Shown one piece after another: positions 18,731 to 27,482 of a DNA stretch of 64,000 nt. The position numbers and the translations under genes were made by a program. Under the pieces are notes generated by a model. That model worked only from the letters and a program-made list of their open reading frames with translations, ran no database searches and was not told where the DNA came from. The DNA is from an uncultured Gammaproteobacteria bacterium. Its GTDB lineage: Bacteria > Patescibacteriota > Microgenomatia > Levybacterales > UBA12049. The stretch spans positions 4,062-68,061 of the forward strand of contig CAZSWA010000007.1 in NCBI GenBank assembly GCA_964610465.1, given 5' to 3'. Within the stretch, counting starts at the first letter, position 1. Each line of letters starts with the position of its first letter.

Positions 18731-20236
18731 TTACCCTAAACTTTTTCTAAGTACTCCCGCTTTTGTTAGGAGTTCTGGGGAAACAGAACTTGCAAGATTT
18801 TCGTAAATTCTGCTGGTAAGAACTGCATGTTCTTTTTCATCAAGAGATGAGGGACCAAGTTCTACTCCTAAATAACGTTCAAGATACATTATATCTTCTT
18901 TAACATCCTGCCATGCAGGAGATTTTTTCGCAAGTTTTGATAACACATCGCGATTTAAGTATTTCCCTGCTCGTATCATATCATGTTTGAAATTTGTATA
19001 ATATTTTTCTACAAGTTTATTCTTGTCAAGTAAAACTGTCCGTTTAATCCCGCGTCCTGTTCCTATTAGTTCCGGAGGTATGCCAATTGAGTAAAGTGCT
19101 GCAGTAAATCCAATAGCTCTTGGTAGTGTAACTTTTCCGACTCCTCGTGAATACCCGAATAAGCCTACATGTTGAACTCTTTCTCTGCGTTTTGGGAGTG
19201 AAGAAGCGATAGTATTTACCATTGGAGCAATATCCTCTATCGTTGTTTGATAAAAAGGTTCAACGAGAGATGCCACTTGCATGATTTCTTTTTCAACAAC
19301 TGGTGTTATTTTTTCAGCTTTTTTCTTTTTCAGTGTAGTATTTAGTATATTGATTGCTTCAATAATATCTTTTTTTGCATAATCATAACGAAAACCACTT
19401 TGGATAAGTGCTGTTCGAATCCCTTTATATTCTTCAATGAACTGATTCACAGTACGAGGAGTCAGTCCGCCTCTAAAGGGTAAGGATGCTGAACCAATGA
19501 TAGGATATAATTCTATACCCTCCTCTTCTGAAAATCTTTGATAACGAGACAATGCGACTTTTATTGCAAGAACTGTTGGTACAATTCCTGAATTAAGCGC
19601 AGGATCTGAGCGCGCGACATAAGGGCGCAAGTATGATGGAGTTTTGTGAAACTTCTTTTTATAAAGTCGTAAATATTTTTTGATAATTGCATCAGAATTG
19701 GCAATAGTTGAGACTTGTTCAAAAAGCGGTATCACCTCAAGAGTTTTAAGTGAATTATTTTGTAATCTATAGAGTCCATGTTTCAAACTACTGATTTCCA
19801 TAAATGCTTCTTGTATTGCTATCATCTCTTCAGCAGATTCCGTCATTGGGAGTATGACTTCAAAAAGCGGCGGGCTATGCAGTTTGACTTTTGTTGCAAG
19901 TGCTGCAGCACTCAATATTCCGATAAACGCCCGGCCAAGTCTAAACTCATTCTCAACTTTGGGATTGGGAAGTCTAAATGTCAAGAATTTATCTTTTCCC
20001 AATTGGTTTGTTTTAAAATATTCATAATACTCACCCAGAAGTCTTTCCATCACTGATTCATCAACCAGTTTTCCTTCCCAATCCCATTTGTATTCTTCTA
20101 TTCCCAAGTCAGAATAGGAAAGAAAGCATTCTTTATATTCATATTGTACTTTTATAAATTCTTTATCATGCCAATAGGGTTTATTTGCGTGATCCGGGTG
20201 CTGGGAAGCCATAGTTGCAGGAATATGCCTTTTCAT
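18731..20236 (-). CDS. ppcA: phosphoenolpyruvate carboxylase, archaeal type (PpcA, about 500 aa)
   Basis: N-terminal IPATMASQHPDH (compare IPR.MSTQHPDN of archaeal-type PEPC), plus VILPMTE, IPLFE, ARSDPA, GSASLPFRG, SGFRYD and PRAIGFTAALYSIGIPPEL blocks. Confidence 0.8.
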   Translation of the reverse strand: MKRHIPATMASQHPDHANKPYWHDKEFIKVQYEYKECFLSYSDLGIEEYKWDWEGKLVDESVMERLLGEYYEYFKTNQLGKDKFLTFRLPNPKVENEFRLGRAFIGILSAAALATKVKLHSPPLFEVILPMTESAEEMIAIQEAFMEISSLKHGLYRLQNNSLKTLEVIPLFEQVSTIANSDAIIKKYLRLYKKKFHKTPSYLRPYVARSDPALNSGIVPTVLAIKVALSRYQRFSEEEGIELYPIIGSASLPFRGGLTPRTVNQFIEEYKGIRTALIQSGFRYDYAKKDIIEAINILNTTLKKKKAEKITPVVEKEIMQVASLVEPFYQTTIEDIAPMVNTIASSLPKRRERVQHVGLFGYSRGVGKVTLPRAIGFTAALYSIGIPPELIGTGRGIKRTVLLDKNKLVEKYYTNFKHDMIRAGKYLNRDVLSKLAKKSPAWQDVKEDIMYLERYLGVELGPSSLDEKEHAVLTSRIYENLASSVSPELLTKAGVLRKSLG

Positions 20237-20352
20237 ATGAAATTCAAAATATTGTAGATTACTTAGGATTAATTGTAAAGGAATAGTCCTTATTACCTTT
20301 ATCTTGCCTGAGTTCTATTGTTATTTCATATATGTAGTATTACAATAAATTC

Positions 20353-21378
20353 ATGATAAAAAGAAAAGTAACCCCAAAAGTGATATACGAGTCAGAAGAA
20401 AAAAATGTCATGACGCAGGTCACTCCTATAAAAATAATAGCCCCAGAGAAAAAAAAGTTTGATTTTATACACAAAATACACTTTGTAAAGTTATTTTTTT
20501 TATTTTCTCTCTCTTTTTTCTTATGTTCTTTAGTATTCTTTGCAGATTCAAAAATATCCAAAAAGACCTCTCCTGCTCATCATATTTTTACTCAAACAAT
20601 TGAGAAGGTAAAAACGACTTCTGTTACAGATACACCTACCGCAACTCTAACTCAACAACCAAGTCCAACTATAACTCAAGCAAAATCCGTAGCAGTTGCG
20701 GTGCCTTCTGGGTTTTGTCTTAACGCGCCAATGCCTTATTGGCATCATATTGAACCAATGTTTCAAGCAACAGCTGAAGGGCATCAATCACTTACCGTGG
20801 ATAGTACAATTTTTGATAAACAAATGAATTATCTTGTTTCTGCAGGATACCAGACAATTTCAGTTGATGAGCTTGTTACTGCGCTTCTCAATCATCAGCA
20901 ATTACCTGCAAAAAGTATTGTGCTTACTTTTGATGATGGATATAGTGATATTTATACGTATGCGTTTCCTATTTTTAGGAAATACAATATTACCGCAAAT
21001 CTTATGATACCAACCGGGCTTATGGGTGTTCCAGGATATATGACATGGGATCAGTTAAAAGAAATGGTCTCAAGCGGTAAAGTATTTGCCTACAATCATA
21101 CATGGTCGCATGCATCACTTGGAGCAGCAACAAAAGACAAAATAGAATACGAAATAGGAACTGCAGATTCTCAACTTCAACAAAATCTTGGTCATAAAGT
21201 AACTATCTTTGCCTATCCATACGGTTCTATGAGTCCACTTGCCGTACAAGTTCTTCAGGAACATGGATATATTGCTGCTCTTAGTACCTTAGGTGGAAGT
21301 TATCAATGTGATGGATACATTATGGCGCTTAGGCGTATCCATATGGGAAATGCCTCAATGCAAGCATATGGATTCTAG
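20353..21378 (+). CDS. polysaccharide deacetylase (NodB-homology, CE4) with N-terminal TM and Thr/Pro-rich linker
   Basis: NodB motif 1 (VLTFDDGY) followed by H-containing motifs (YNHTWSH); signal/TM plus a T/P-rich spacer. Confidence 0.8.
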   Translation: MIKRKVTPKVIYESEEKNVMTQVTPIKIIAPEKKKFDFIHKIHFVKLFFLFSLSFFLCSLVFFADSKISKKTSPAHHIFTQTIEKVKTTSVTDTPTATLTQQPSPTITQAKSVAVAVPSGFCLNAPMPYWHHIEPMFQATAEGHQSLTVDSTIFDKQMNYLVSAGYQTISVDELVTALLNHQQLPAKSIVLTFDDGYSDIYTYAFPIFRKYNITANLMIPTGLMGVPGYMTWDQLKEMVSSGKVFAYNHTWSHASLGAATKDKIEYEIGTADSQLQQNLGHKVTIFAYPYGSMSPLAVQVLQEHGYIAALSTLGGSYQCDGYIMALRRIHMGNASMQAYGF

Positions 21379-21394
21379 TTCTATAATTAAACAA

Positions 21395-22213
21395 CTAGGA
21401 AGTTTCAGTATTGCAAATAAAATCTATTTCTGCAAGAATTTGTTTCTTTTCTTCATCAGATAATGGAAGTGTATCAATGAGCATATGGTTTTCTTTAATA
21501 TCCCGGCAAAGTACCACATGATTTTCAAGAAGTTTGGTTTTGTTGGTTTGAGAGAGCGAGGTAAGCATTGTGATAGGATGAAGTTTGGCTTTCTCAATTA
21601 AGTCTCGAAGGCTTTCTCCATCTGGATAACTCCAGCTTATCATCCTCATCCCGCTACATAGTGCATAAGTATTGGCTTCTGTAGTTGTTTTGGTATTGGT
21701 TACAAGCCACGGTTCATCATAATGATTTCTTTCTTTTATATCATCAAACCGTGCTTTGGTATAAAGCGCCACATGAATATCTGATCGAATTCCTGGTGCA
21801 TTGTGATATTTTGCCTCTATCATAAAAGTTTTATTATCTTTTTGCGCAACAACATCTATCTCATGACTTACACATCTGCCTGAAACTATTTGTCTGACTT
21901 GTGTGTTATATCCGAGTTTCTCAAGAATTCTGGCAATAAAATCTTCAAAAGGATATCCTGTTGGTCCAAGAAGCATAATTGACTCTTTAAGACTATAGCG
22001 GGTTTTGCTGTATGGTTTTGGTGATTGTCCTAAGAATTCTACAATATGATGATAAATTTCAGAGCTTTGCATATCTTCATGCAATTTTTCTTTGACATGC
22101 AGCAAAACTTTCTGCTGCAATTCTTGAGGGATACCAGCACGTTTTATAGAAGCTATTAGCTTTTCTTCACTAAATTCTTCTTTGTCACCGTTGGCTTTTA
22201 TAATTTGAGACAT
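21395..22213 (-). CDS. ATP-cone domain fused to an Mrr-like (PD-(D/E)xK) restriction-endonuclease domain
   Basis: N-terminal ATP-cone (IIKANGDKEEFSEEKLIASIKRAG). The central domain follows the Mrr_cat pattern (FEDFIARILEKLGY...SHEIDVVA......MIEAKY). Confidence 0.65.
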   Translation of the reverse strand: MSQIIKANGDKEEFSEEKLIASIKRAGIPQELQQKVLLHVKEKLHEDMQSSEIYHHIVEFLGQSPKPYSKTRYSLKESIMLLGPTGYPFEDFIARILEKLGYNTQVRQIVSGRCVSHEIDVVAQKDNKTFMIEAKYHNAPGIRSDIHVALYTKARFDDIKERNHYDEPWLVTNTKTTTEANTYALCSGMRMISWSYPDGESLRDLIEKAKLHPITMLTSLSQTNKTKLLENHVVLCRDIKENHMLIDTLPLSDEEKKQILAEIDFICNTETS

Positions 22214-22261
22214 TCTCTTTTATACTAGCGCATCTTAGATAAATTTTAAAGAGTTACCTTT

Positions 22262-24700
22262 TTACAAAAATGAAACTTTAGGGAACGGAAGTTGTATTTT
22301 CGGTTTACTTTTGGGTTTGGGAGTTATTTGTTTTAATCCATTTTTCTGAAACACTATAAATTTATCCTGTTCAACAGTAATATAATAATTGGGATCAGAT
22401 TTAAGTCTTTGTACCATTTGTTTTTCTGCCTTAAGAGATGGGAGAACTTCAGAGTCAGTGAGAAGAAACACTATTACATCGGCTTTGTTGATACCCAATG
22501 GAACAGTATATATCCTTTGCCTTTGAGAGAGATGTGAACCGACATTGTTACTGGCAGCAACACTATATCTTTTTGGAATGCGAGTAAGATATGAATCTAT
22601 ATACTCTTTGTTTTCAACTTGCCGAGTTATCATATCAAGATTTGGTTCTTTGCTCCCAGGGAGTGGTCCATATGCAAATGCTCCATAGAGAGATACTCCT
22701 ACAAGATATATAATAAGAATTATGTTTGGTGTTTTAGAGAAATATCTCTTAATTATTTTGACTGAATAAATAGCTGCGATAAAAAGGAATGGTGATATTG
22801 TTGAAGTATACTGGTAGTAAATTTGATGAAGTTGGGAGTTGTTACTAAGCAAGTTGATTGCAAGATCAGGACTTGCAAATAGAAGAGTCAGCGGAGATAA
22901 AATTGAGAGATATCCTAACGGAAGAAATAATTGCTCAAGATATTTAAGCCTTTCATGCTGTGTTACCAAATCAATAATTTTTCGGGGAGAAAGAAGCATA
23001 GATTTTATAACTGAGGATGGTGTGTCACCAAAATCTGAATAGTAAGATAAAGCAAAATGCTGCGAGCCTAATATATGTGGAATTGCGTACCAGACAAGAA
23101 AATAAAACGTTCCTGCAGAAAATAAAAATACTAATGTACCTACCAGTTTTTGCCTTTGTATTATTAATAAATATAAGCCAAATAATGATACGATTACCCA
23201 TACATGTTCTTTGGTCAATGCGGCAAGTACAATAAATAATGCAAAATACCAATATTGTTTTCTTCTCACAAAATAATACGCAGCAAGAAGAAAAGTAATA
23301 GCTAGAGTTACTGGGTGAAAATCATATAAATTTGCACGTTCAATACTAGGATTAAGAATATATAAAAGTGAAAATGCTAATGCAATACTTTTATTTTTTG
23401 TAATATCTTTTGCCAGAAAATACACAAAAAATACTCCAGCTCCTACCACAAGCGTTTGTATAAGCAGAAGTATTTTAGGATCTGACCAGATATAATAAAA
23501 TGGCGCAAGAAGAACTAAAAGAAAATCGGCATGAAACGCAAGACGTGAAATAATATCTGTGCCATTTGGATTGGTGAACACAAAAATTCTTCCTCTCCAT
23601 GTATTCCAGACAGTTTGTGCCATATTTCCCAAATCAAATCTACCAGTATAAAAATTATCGTAACGCAAGAATGAAAGTGTAGTGAAATATACAATATATA
23701 GTACAAAGAAAACTATAAGAATAGATTCTTGTTTATGAAGTGTTATCCATGTGAAAGCTTTATCAAGATATTTGTTGTGGATTTTATGAAGAAAGATATT
23801 GAGCGTAATAAAAATAACTTCTGAAATAATAAGTATTAGTCTTGAGAAAAGAGAAAGAATTCCGGCATTCGCAAGTGAGGTATATTTTGAAAGTCCTGCT
23901 ATGAGTATTCCCTCTCGTACTCCAAACCCAGCAGGAGTTAAAAAAGAAAGATAGCCAATAATAAGTGATAAGACAAAAAAACCGATAAATTCTAGAATAA
24001 GCTGAGGATGTAAAATGGTAAAAGAGGTTAATGTAAAATAATAACCTAGTCCAAAAAAAAATAAATCGGTAGTAGCGATAGACAGAAGAGTAAAAATGTG
24101 GAAAGGTGAAATTGTAGGGAAAATTTTTTTAAGCACTACAATATACTTTCCTTTCAATTTGCTAAAAAGATATTGATTAAAAATATATCCAAGTACCAGG
24201 CCTAAAACAGCAATTGCAGTAATGGGTACTGTAAATCTTGGGATAAATGGAAAAAAGTTTTTAATAAGGAATGGCAAAGAAAAGAGAGATACAATTGCAG
24301 CAGCTATACAAAGAATTTCCGCTTCAATTATATAGAATAGCGTAATGTCTTTTTTGCTGATACCCTTTTCCGAAAAAGAAATAGCCCTTCCAAGAATTGA
24401 CCAAAGATTACCTGGTACATATCTTTTCATTTCAGACATTGACCAAAGATATGAGATTTCTCTAAATGGTATTTTGTATCCGTGTTTTTCAAGGATTTGG
24501 CACCACACAAGCGCACGTAGAAAATAATACGCTACAAAACAAACTATTCCGTAAAGCAGAAGAGGAACATTCAGTTTAGAACTATTTGAAAGAATAAGCG
24601 AAGATTGAGGGGCAATAATTTTGAGTATAAATATGAAGGCAATGAGCCCTAGTGGCCAACCAATAAGATATCTTAGTATTTTACTTACTCGAATATTCAT
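22262..24700 (-). CDS. large integral membrane protein: flippase-like (LPG-synthase TM, MprF N-terminal type) domain fused to DUF2079 (predicted GT-C glycosyltransferase)
   Basis: The first 300 aa carry the PAGFGVREG motif of the TIGR00374/LPG_synthase_TM family. Residues from about 330 onward match the DUF2079 N-terminal block (LRYDNFYTGRFDLGNMAQTVWNT..G) with many TM helices and a YDFHP motif. Total 812 aa. Confidence 0.6.
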   Translation of the reverse strand: MNIRVSKILRYLIGWPLGLIAFIFILKIIAPQSSLILSNSSKLNVPLLLYGIVCFVAYYFLRALVWCQILEKHGYKIPFREISYLWSMSEMKRYVPGNLWSILGRAISFSEKGISKKDITLFYIIEAEILCIAAAIVSLFSLPFLIKNFFPFIPRFTVPITAIAVLGLVLGYIFNQYLFSKLKGKYIVVLKKIFPTISPFHIFTLLSIATTDLFFFGLGYYFTLTSFTILHPQLILEFIGFFVLSLIIGYLSFLTPAGFGVREGILIAGLSKYTSLANAGILSLFSRLILIISEVIFITLNIFLHKIHNKYLDKAFTWITLHKQESILIVFFVLYIVYFTTLSFLRYDNFYTGRFDLGNMAQTVWNTWRGRIFVFTNPNGTDIISRLAFHADFLLVLLAPFYYIWSDPKILLLIQTLVVGAGVFFVYFLAKDITKNKSIALAFSLLYILNPSIERANLYDFHPVTLAITFLLAAYYFVRRKQYWYFALFIVLAALTKEHVWVIVSLFGLYLLIIQRQKLVGTLVFLFSAGTFYFLVWYAIPHILGSQHFALSYYSDFGDTPSSVIKSMLLSPRKIIDLVTQHERLKYLEQLFLPLGYLSILSPLTLLFASPDLAINLLSNNSQLHQIYYQYTSTISPFLFIAAIYSVKIIKRYFSKTPNIILIIYLVGVSLYGAFAYGPLPGSKEPNLDMITRQVENKEYIDSYLTRIPKRYSVAASNNVGSHLSQRQRIYTVPLGINKADVIVFLLTDSEVLPSLKAEKQMVQRLKSDPNYYITVEQDKFIVFQKNGLKQITPKPKSKPKIQLPFPKVSFL

Positions 24701-24982
24701 ATGTTATAAAGATTCCAAAATATTGTATCACGAAAATGATAAAAAGAGCTGAAAATACCAGATAAATAGAAAATTTATATCTAGACAAGCTTTATAAAAT
24801 TTGACATTTGAGTGATATCAAGAAGTGACAGAAAATTCTTGCAATCAAAACAATCCTGAATTATTTAGAAATTATGTACAAGGAGATGCAAGTTATTGTA
24901 GTGGCTTGCCTGGTTACTGGAAAACCTTTTTTAGTCTCATAAAGATATCATCAGCTAAGTAAATGTGCAGATTTCGCTCTAT

Positions 24983-24995
24983 TTTGTTACAATAC
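24983..24995 (+). promoter_or_regulatory. extended -10 promoter box TTTTGTTACAATA upstream of tRNA-Arg
   Basis: TGnTAcAAT matches the extended -10 consensus. The identical 13-mer recurs upstream of tRNA-Lys at 27175-27187. Confidence 0.4.
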
Positions 24996-25149
24996 AGGTA
25001 GATAATTGCGGATAGATATTAGTACAGAGTTCTTAGCTCATGGTTCTGCATTACAGATTAAGCTTATAGTCAGCAGTGATATGGAGTGAAGCTTAAGAAA
25101 TTGGAACATTCACAAACGAAAGTAAATTGACTAAACACAAATTATATAT

Positions 25150-25224
25150 GCGCCTGTAGCTCAGCGGATTTAGAGCACTTCGCTTCGGACGAAGGGGTCG
25201 GGGGTTCAAATCCCTCCAGGCGTA
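25150..25224 (+). tRNA. tRNA-Arg (anticodon TCG)
   Basis: Manual cloverleaf: acceptor GCGCCTG/CAGGCGT, D-arm GCTC..GAGC, anticodon stem CTTCG/CGAAG with loop CTTCGGA, T-arm GGGGG-TTCAAAT-CCCTC and discriminator A. CCA is not encoded. Confidence 0.85.
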
Positions 25225-25243
25225 CAAAATACAGCCTAACAGT

Positions 25244-25678
25244 ATGTCAGAACGAGAACAAAAACCTTATAATAAAAGTTCCTTTGATGGAATTGAATTC
25301 AATTTGTTCAATCCTCCTATCTGTCCAAAAACAGGTGACCCGTGTATATGTTCCAATAAAGGTTTCTTAAGATTCGGAAGGGCCTTATTACCATGGGTAA
25401 ACGAGAAGTTAAAAGATTCTGTAAAGGAGAAATATTTTGTATTAAAAGCTGCTGAGATTACTAATTCTGTTGCAAATATTGTTGATCATCTTTCAGAGGA
25501 CGCGATGAACTATTCTGGGATTCAAGAAGAAATTGTAAGATTAGAAGAAGAGCAGGAAGCATTTGACAAACGAACAGAGAAAAGTATCGCAACTACTAAA
25601 GAAACAATGATACTGTTTGAAAGATTAGATAATAGCTTTCGCCAAAAGGCATGTTTAGCAAGGCAAACAAAAGATTAA
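25244..25678 (+). CDS. hypothetical protein
   Basis: ATG ORF immediately downstream of tRNA-Arg; Cys-rich N-terminus (CPKTGDPCIC); no family recognised. Confidence 0.5.
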   Translation: MSEREQKPYNKSSFDGIEFNLFNPPICPKTGDPCICSNKGFLRFGRALLPWVNEKLKDSVKEKYFVLKAAEITNSVANIVDHLSEDAMNYSGIQEEIVRLEEEQEAFDKRTEKSIATTKETMILFERLDNSFRQKACLARQTKD

Positions 25679-25731
25679 ATTTTACTCCATTAATTACTGT
25701 CCCTGTGCGGTAAGGAAGTTTTGAAGAGTGA

Positions 25732-26079
25732 TTATAAAACGTATTGTACAAAGTACAATAAAATACCTGAGACTATAGAAAAAGTCCAAAATACAAGGAA
25801 AAGGATGGTCAGAATTTTATGATGCTTGAAATAATTGATTCCCTTTCTATATCTTCTCCAGGCGAAAATAAAGAAAATAACAAGAGCAATAAACATAAGA
25901 AGAGATAGTATGCCATGTACAATTGCCAAACCTACTAGAAATGGAGATTGAATTTTTGCTACTATTACATGTTCCGGGACCTGGGAAGCCATATAACTGA
26001 TATTAAAGAGAATTTCATAAAGTAAGGCAAAACCTGCCAATTTTGTAGGAAATTTATTGTGAAAGTATCCTTGATACAA
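25732..26079 (-). CDS. small 3-4 TM membrane protein (possibly DUF420-like)
   Basis: 115 aa made up almost entirely of hydrophobic helices. Confidence 0.45.
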   Translation of the reverse strand: MYQGYFHNKFPTKLAGFALLYEILFNISYMASQVPEHVIVAKIQSPFLVGLAIVHGILSLLMFIALVIFFIFAWRRYRKGINYFKHHKILTILFLVFWTFSIVSGILLYFVQYVL

Positions 26080-26189
26080 TGTATAATAAATAATTGCAGA
26101 AATAACAAGCTCAGCAAATAAAGTTATGGTACTATAAAGAGGAGCGTGGATACTTTAATAATAAAATACAATTATGGGTGATGCAAGTA

Positions 26190-26822
26190 TTATTGTCCGG
26201 CTTCTGAAAGAAAATTTTGTAGAATAATATTATAGTCATAAAGATCTACTTTGCCATCATCATTTAAATCAAGTTTTGCATGGTTGACACATTCAGCTGC
26301 TTGATAGAAGCATTTCATAAAAAAGTTATAATCATCAATATTTAGCGCATTATCTCCTGTATAATCTCCAATATTTACTTTCGCAACTGGTGTTTGATTG
26401 ATTTGTTGATCAGATAAAGGCTGAAAAGGCGGGATAATTAATTTCTGAAGTGCTAAATCCATAGCAAGTTTAATATAGTATACTCCTGTGGGGATTGCCC
26501 CAAGATGAATCGTTCCAGAAAAGGTATCTCCATCAAAAGTAAGAAAGCCTGTACCCTGTGTAACAGGCTGATTTTGAGTATCAATTAAATTGAGTGTTAC
26601 AGAACGGGTTTTATGAATTGGAAATTGATTTCCATCCTTCCCTATCCCTGGTATTTTTACCTCAAGCGCTACAACTATATCATTTGGGGTTGAAGAAACT
26701 GCCTTGCTAAAAGGATTTTGAGCAGTACTTAACTGAAGAAGTGATAATCCAAGTACTGTAAGCAAATAAAAAAGCGTCACAGTATAGATAAGCAGAAATT
26801 TTCTTTTTCGTTTATGTTTCAC
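26190..26822 (-). CDS. secreted protein with beta-sandwich (CarboxypepD_reg-like) domain and C-terminal type I dockerin
   Basis: N-terminal signal/TM and a central beta-rich domain (SGTIHLGAIPTGVYYIKL). Two Ca-binding dockerin segments: GDNALNIDDYNFFMKCF and DLNDDGKVDLYDYNIILQNFL. Confidence 0.6.
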   Translation of the reverse strand: MKHKRKRKFLLIYTVTLFYLLTVLGLSLLQLSTAQNPFSKAVSSTPNDIVVALEVKIPGIGKDGNQFPIHKTRSVTLNLIDTQNQPVTQGTGFLTFDGDTFSGTIHLGAIPTGVYYIKLAMDLALQKLIIPPFQPLSDQQINQTPVAKVNIGDYTGDNALNIDDYNFFMKCFYQAAECVNHAKLDLNDDGKVDLYDYNIILQNFLSEAGQ

Positions 26823-26865
26823 ACAATACGGCCTTTAGCCATCTATTTACTATGCTATACATTTT

Positions 26866-27135
26866 GTGAAAAATAATCAATATGGTTTAGTTGAAGCCTT
26901 TATACTAAAGAAGTATAATATACTAAGCTTTTCAATTATGAAAGAAAGCATAGAACAAGTAATCGAGATCTATAAATACTTGGGTAAACATCCTGCCCGA
27001 GCAGCTCGCGCTGCAAAAAAGCAAGGTTTTATTACGCATGGAATGTCAAGAGAATATATAGCTAGACAGTATAAAAACAACGCTGATACTTTAGAGCAAA
27101 GCATAAAATACTTAAAGGAGAGAAATATACCTTAA
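26866..27135 (+). CDS. hypothetical small protein
   Basis: ORF only; a possible internal start at MKESIEQ. Confidence 0.3.
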   Translation: MKNNQYGLVEAFILKKYNILSFSIMKESIEQVIEIYKYLGKHPARAARAAKKQGFITHGMSREYIARQYKNNADTLEQSIKYLKERNIP

Positions 27136-27174
27136 TACTCTTTCTAATACTCCAAGATGCATTATTTTCCTCTT

Positions 27175-27187
27175 TTTGTTACAATAT
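27175..27187 (+). promoter_or_regulatory. extended -10 promoter box TTTTGTTACAATA upstream of tRNA-Lys
   Basis: Same 13-mer as at 24983-24995, again followed by a second conserved box 35-45 nt downstream. Confidence 0.4.
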
Positions 27188-27364
27188 TGAGGCTGAAGTC
27201 AGCAAATGGCAAATAATTCTGAGTTTTTAGTTCATGGTTCAGTTTTGGAGAATGGGCGGTAGCTCGAACTGAAAGCGAAGATACCTTTAGGTATCAATGG
27301 GGCGAAGCCAAAAAAAGAAAGTTCGGAAACGAAACTAAATTTAAAAACGATATGAATTAAGTAT

Positions 27365-27436
27365 GGGCCGGTAGCTCAATGGTAGAGCAGTACCCTCTTA
27401 AGGTATTGGTTGGAGGTCCGAATCCTCTCCGGCTCA
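27365..27436 (+). tRNA. tRNA-Lys (anticodon CTT)
   Basis: Manual cloverleaf: acceptor GGGCCGG/CCGGCTC, D-arm GCTC-AATGGT-AGAGC, anticodon stem GTACC/GGTAT with loop CTCTTAA, T-arm GGAGG-TCCGAAT-CCTCT and discriminator A. Confidence 0.85.
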
Positions 27437-27482
27437 CTTCACAGAGAATTTCATGGGCATTTTATTTTTGTATTGTAAGATA

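Noticed and set aside
20340-20561. 73-aa minus-strand ORF overlapping the deacetylase gene start
   Set aside because: It overlaps a confidently called plus-strand gene with NodB motifs. It has no RBS, and the hydrophobic low-complexity translation mirrors the signal-peptide region on the other strand.
27250-27340. Possible third tRNA starting GGGCGGTAGCTCGAACTG...
   Set aside because: The 5' end resembles an acceptor/D-arm start but no complementary 3' acceptor strand, anticodon arm or T-loop (GTTCRA) can be paired. It is better treated as part of the structured tRNA-Lys leader (GNRA hairpin).
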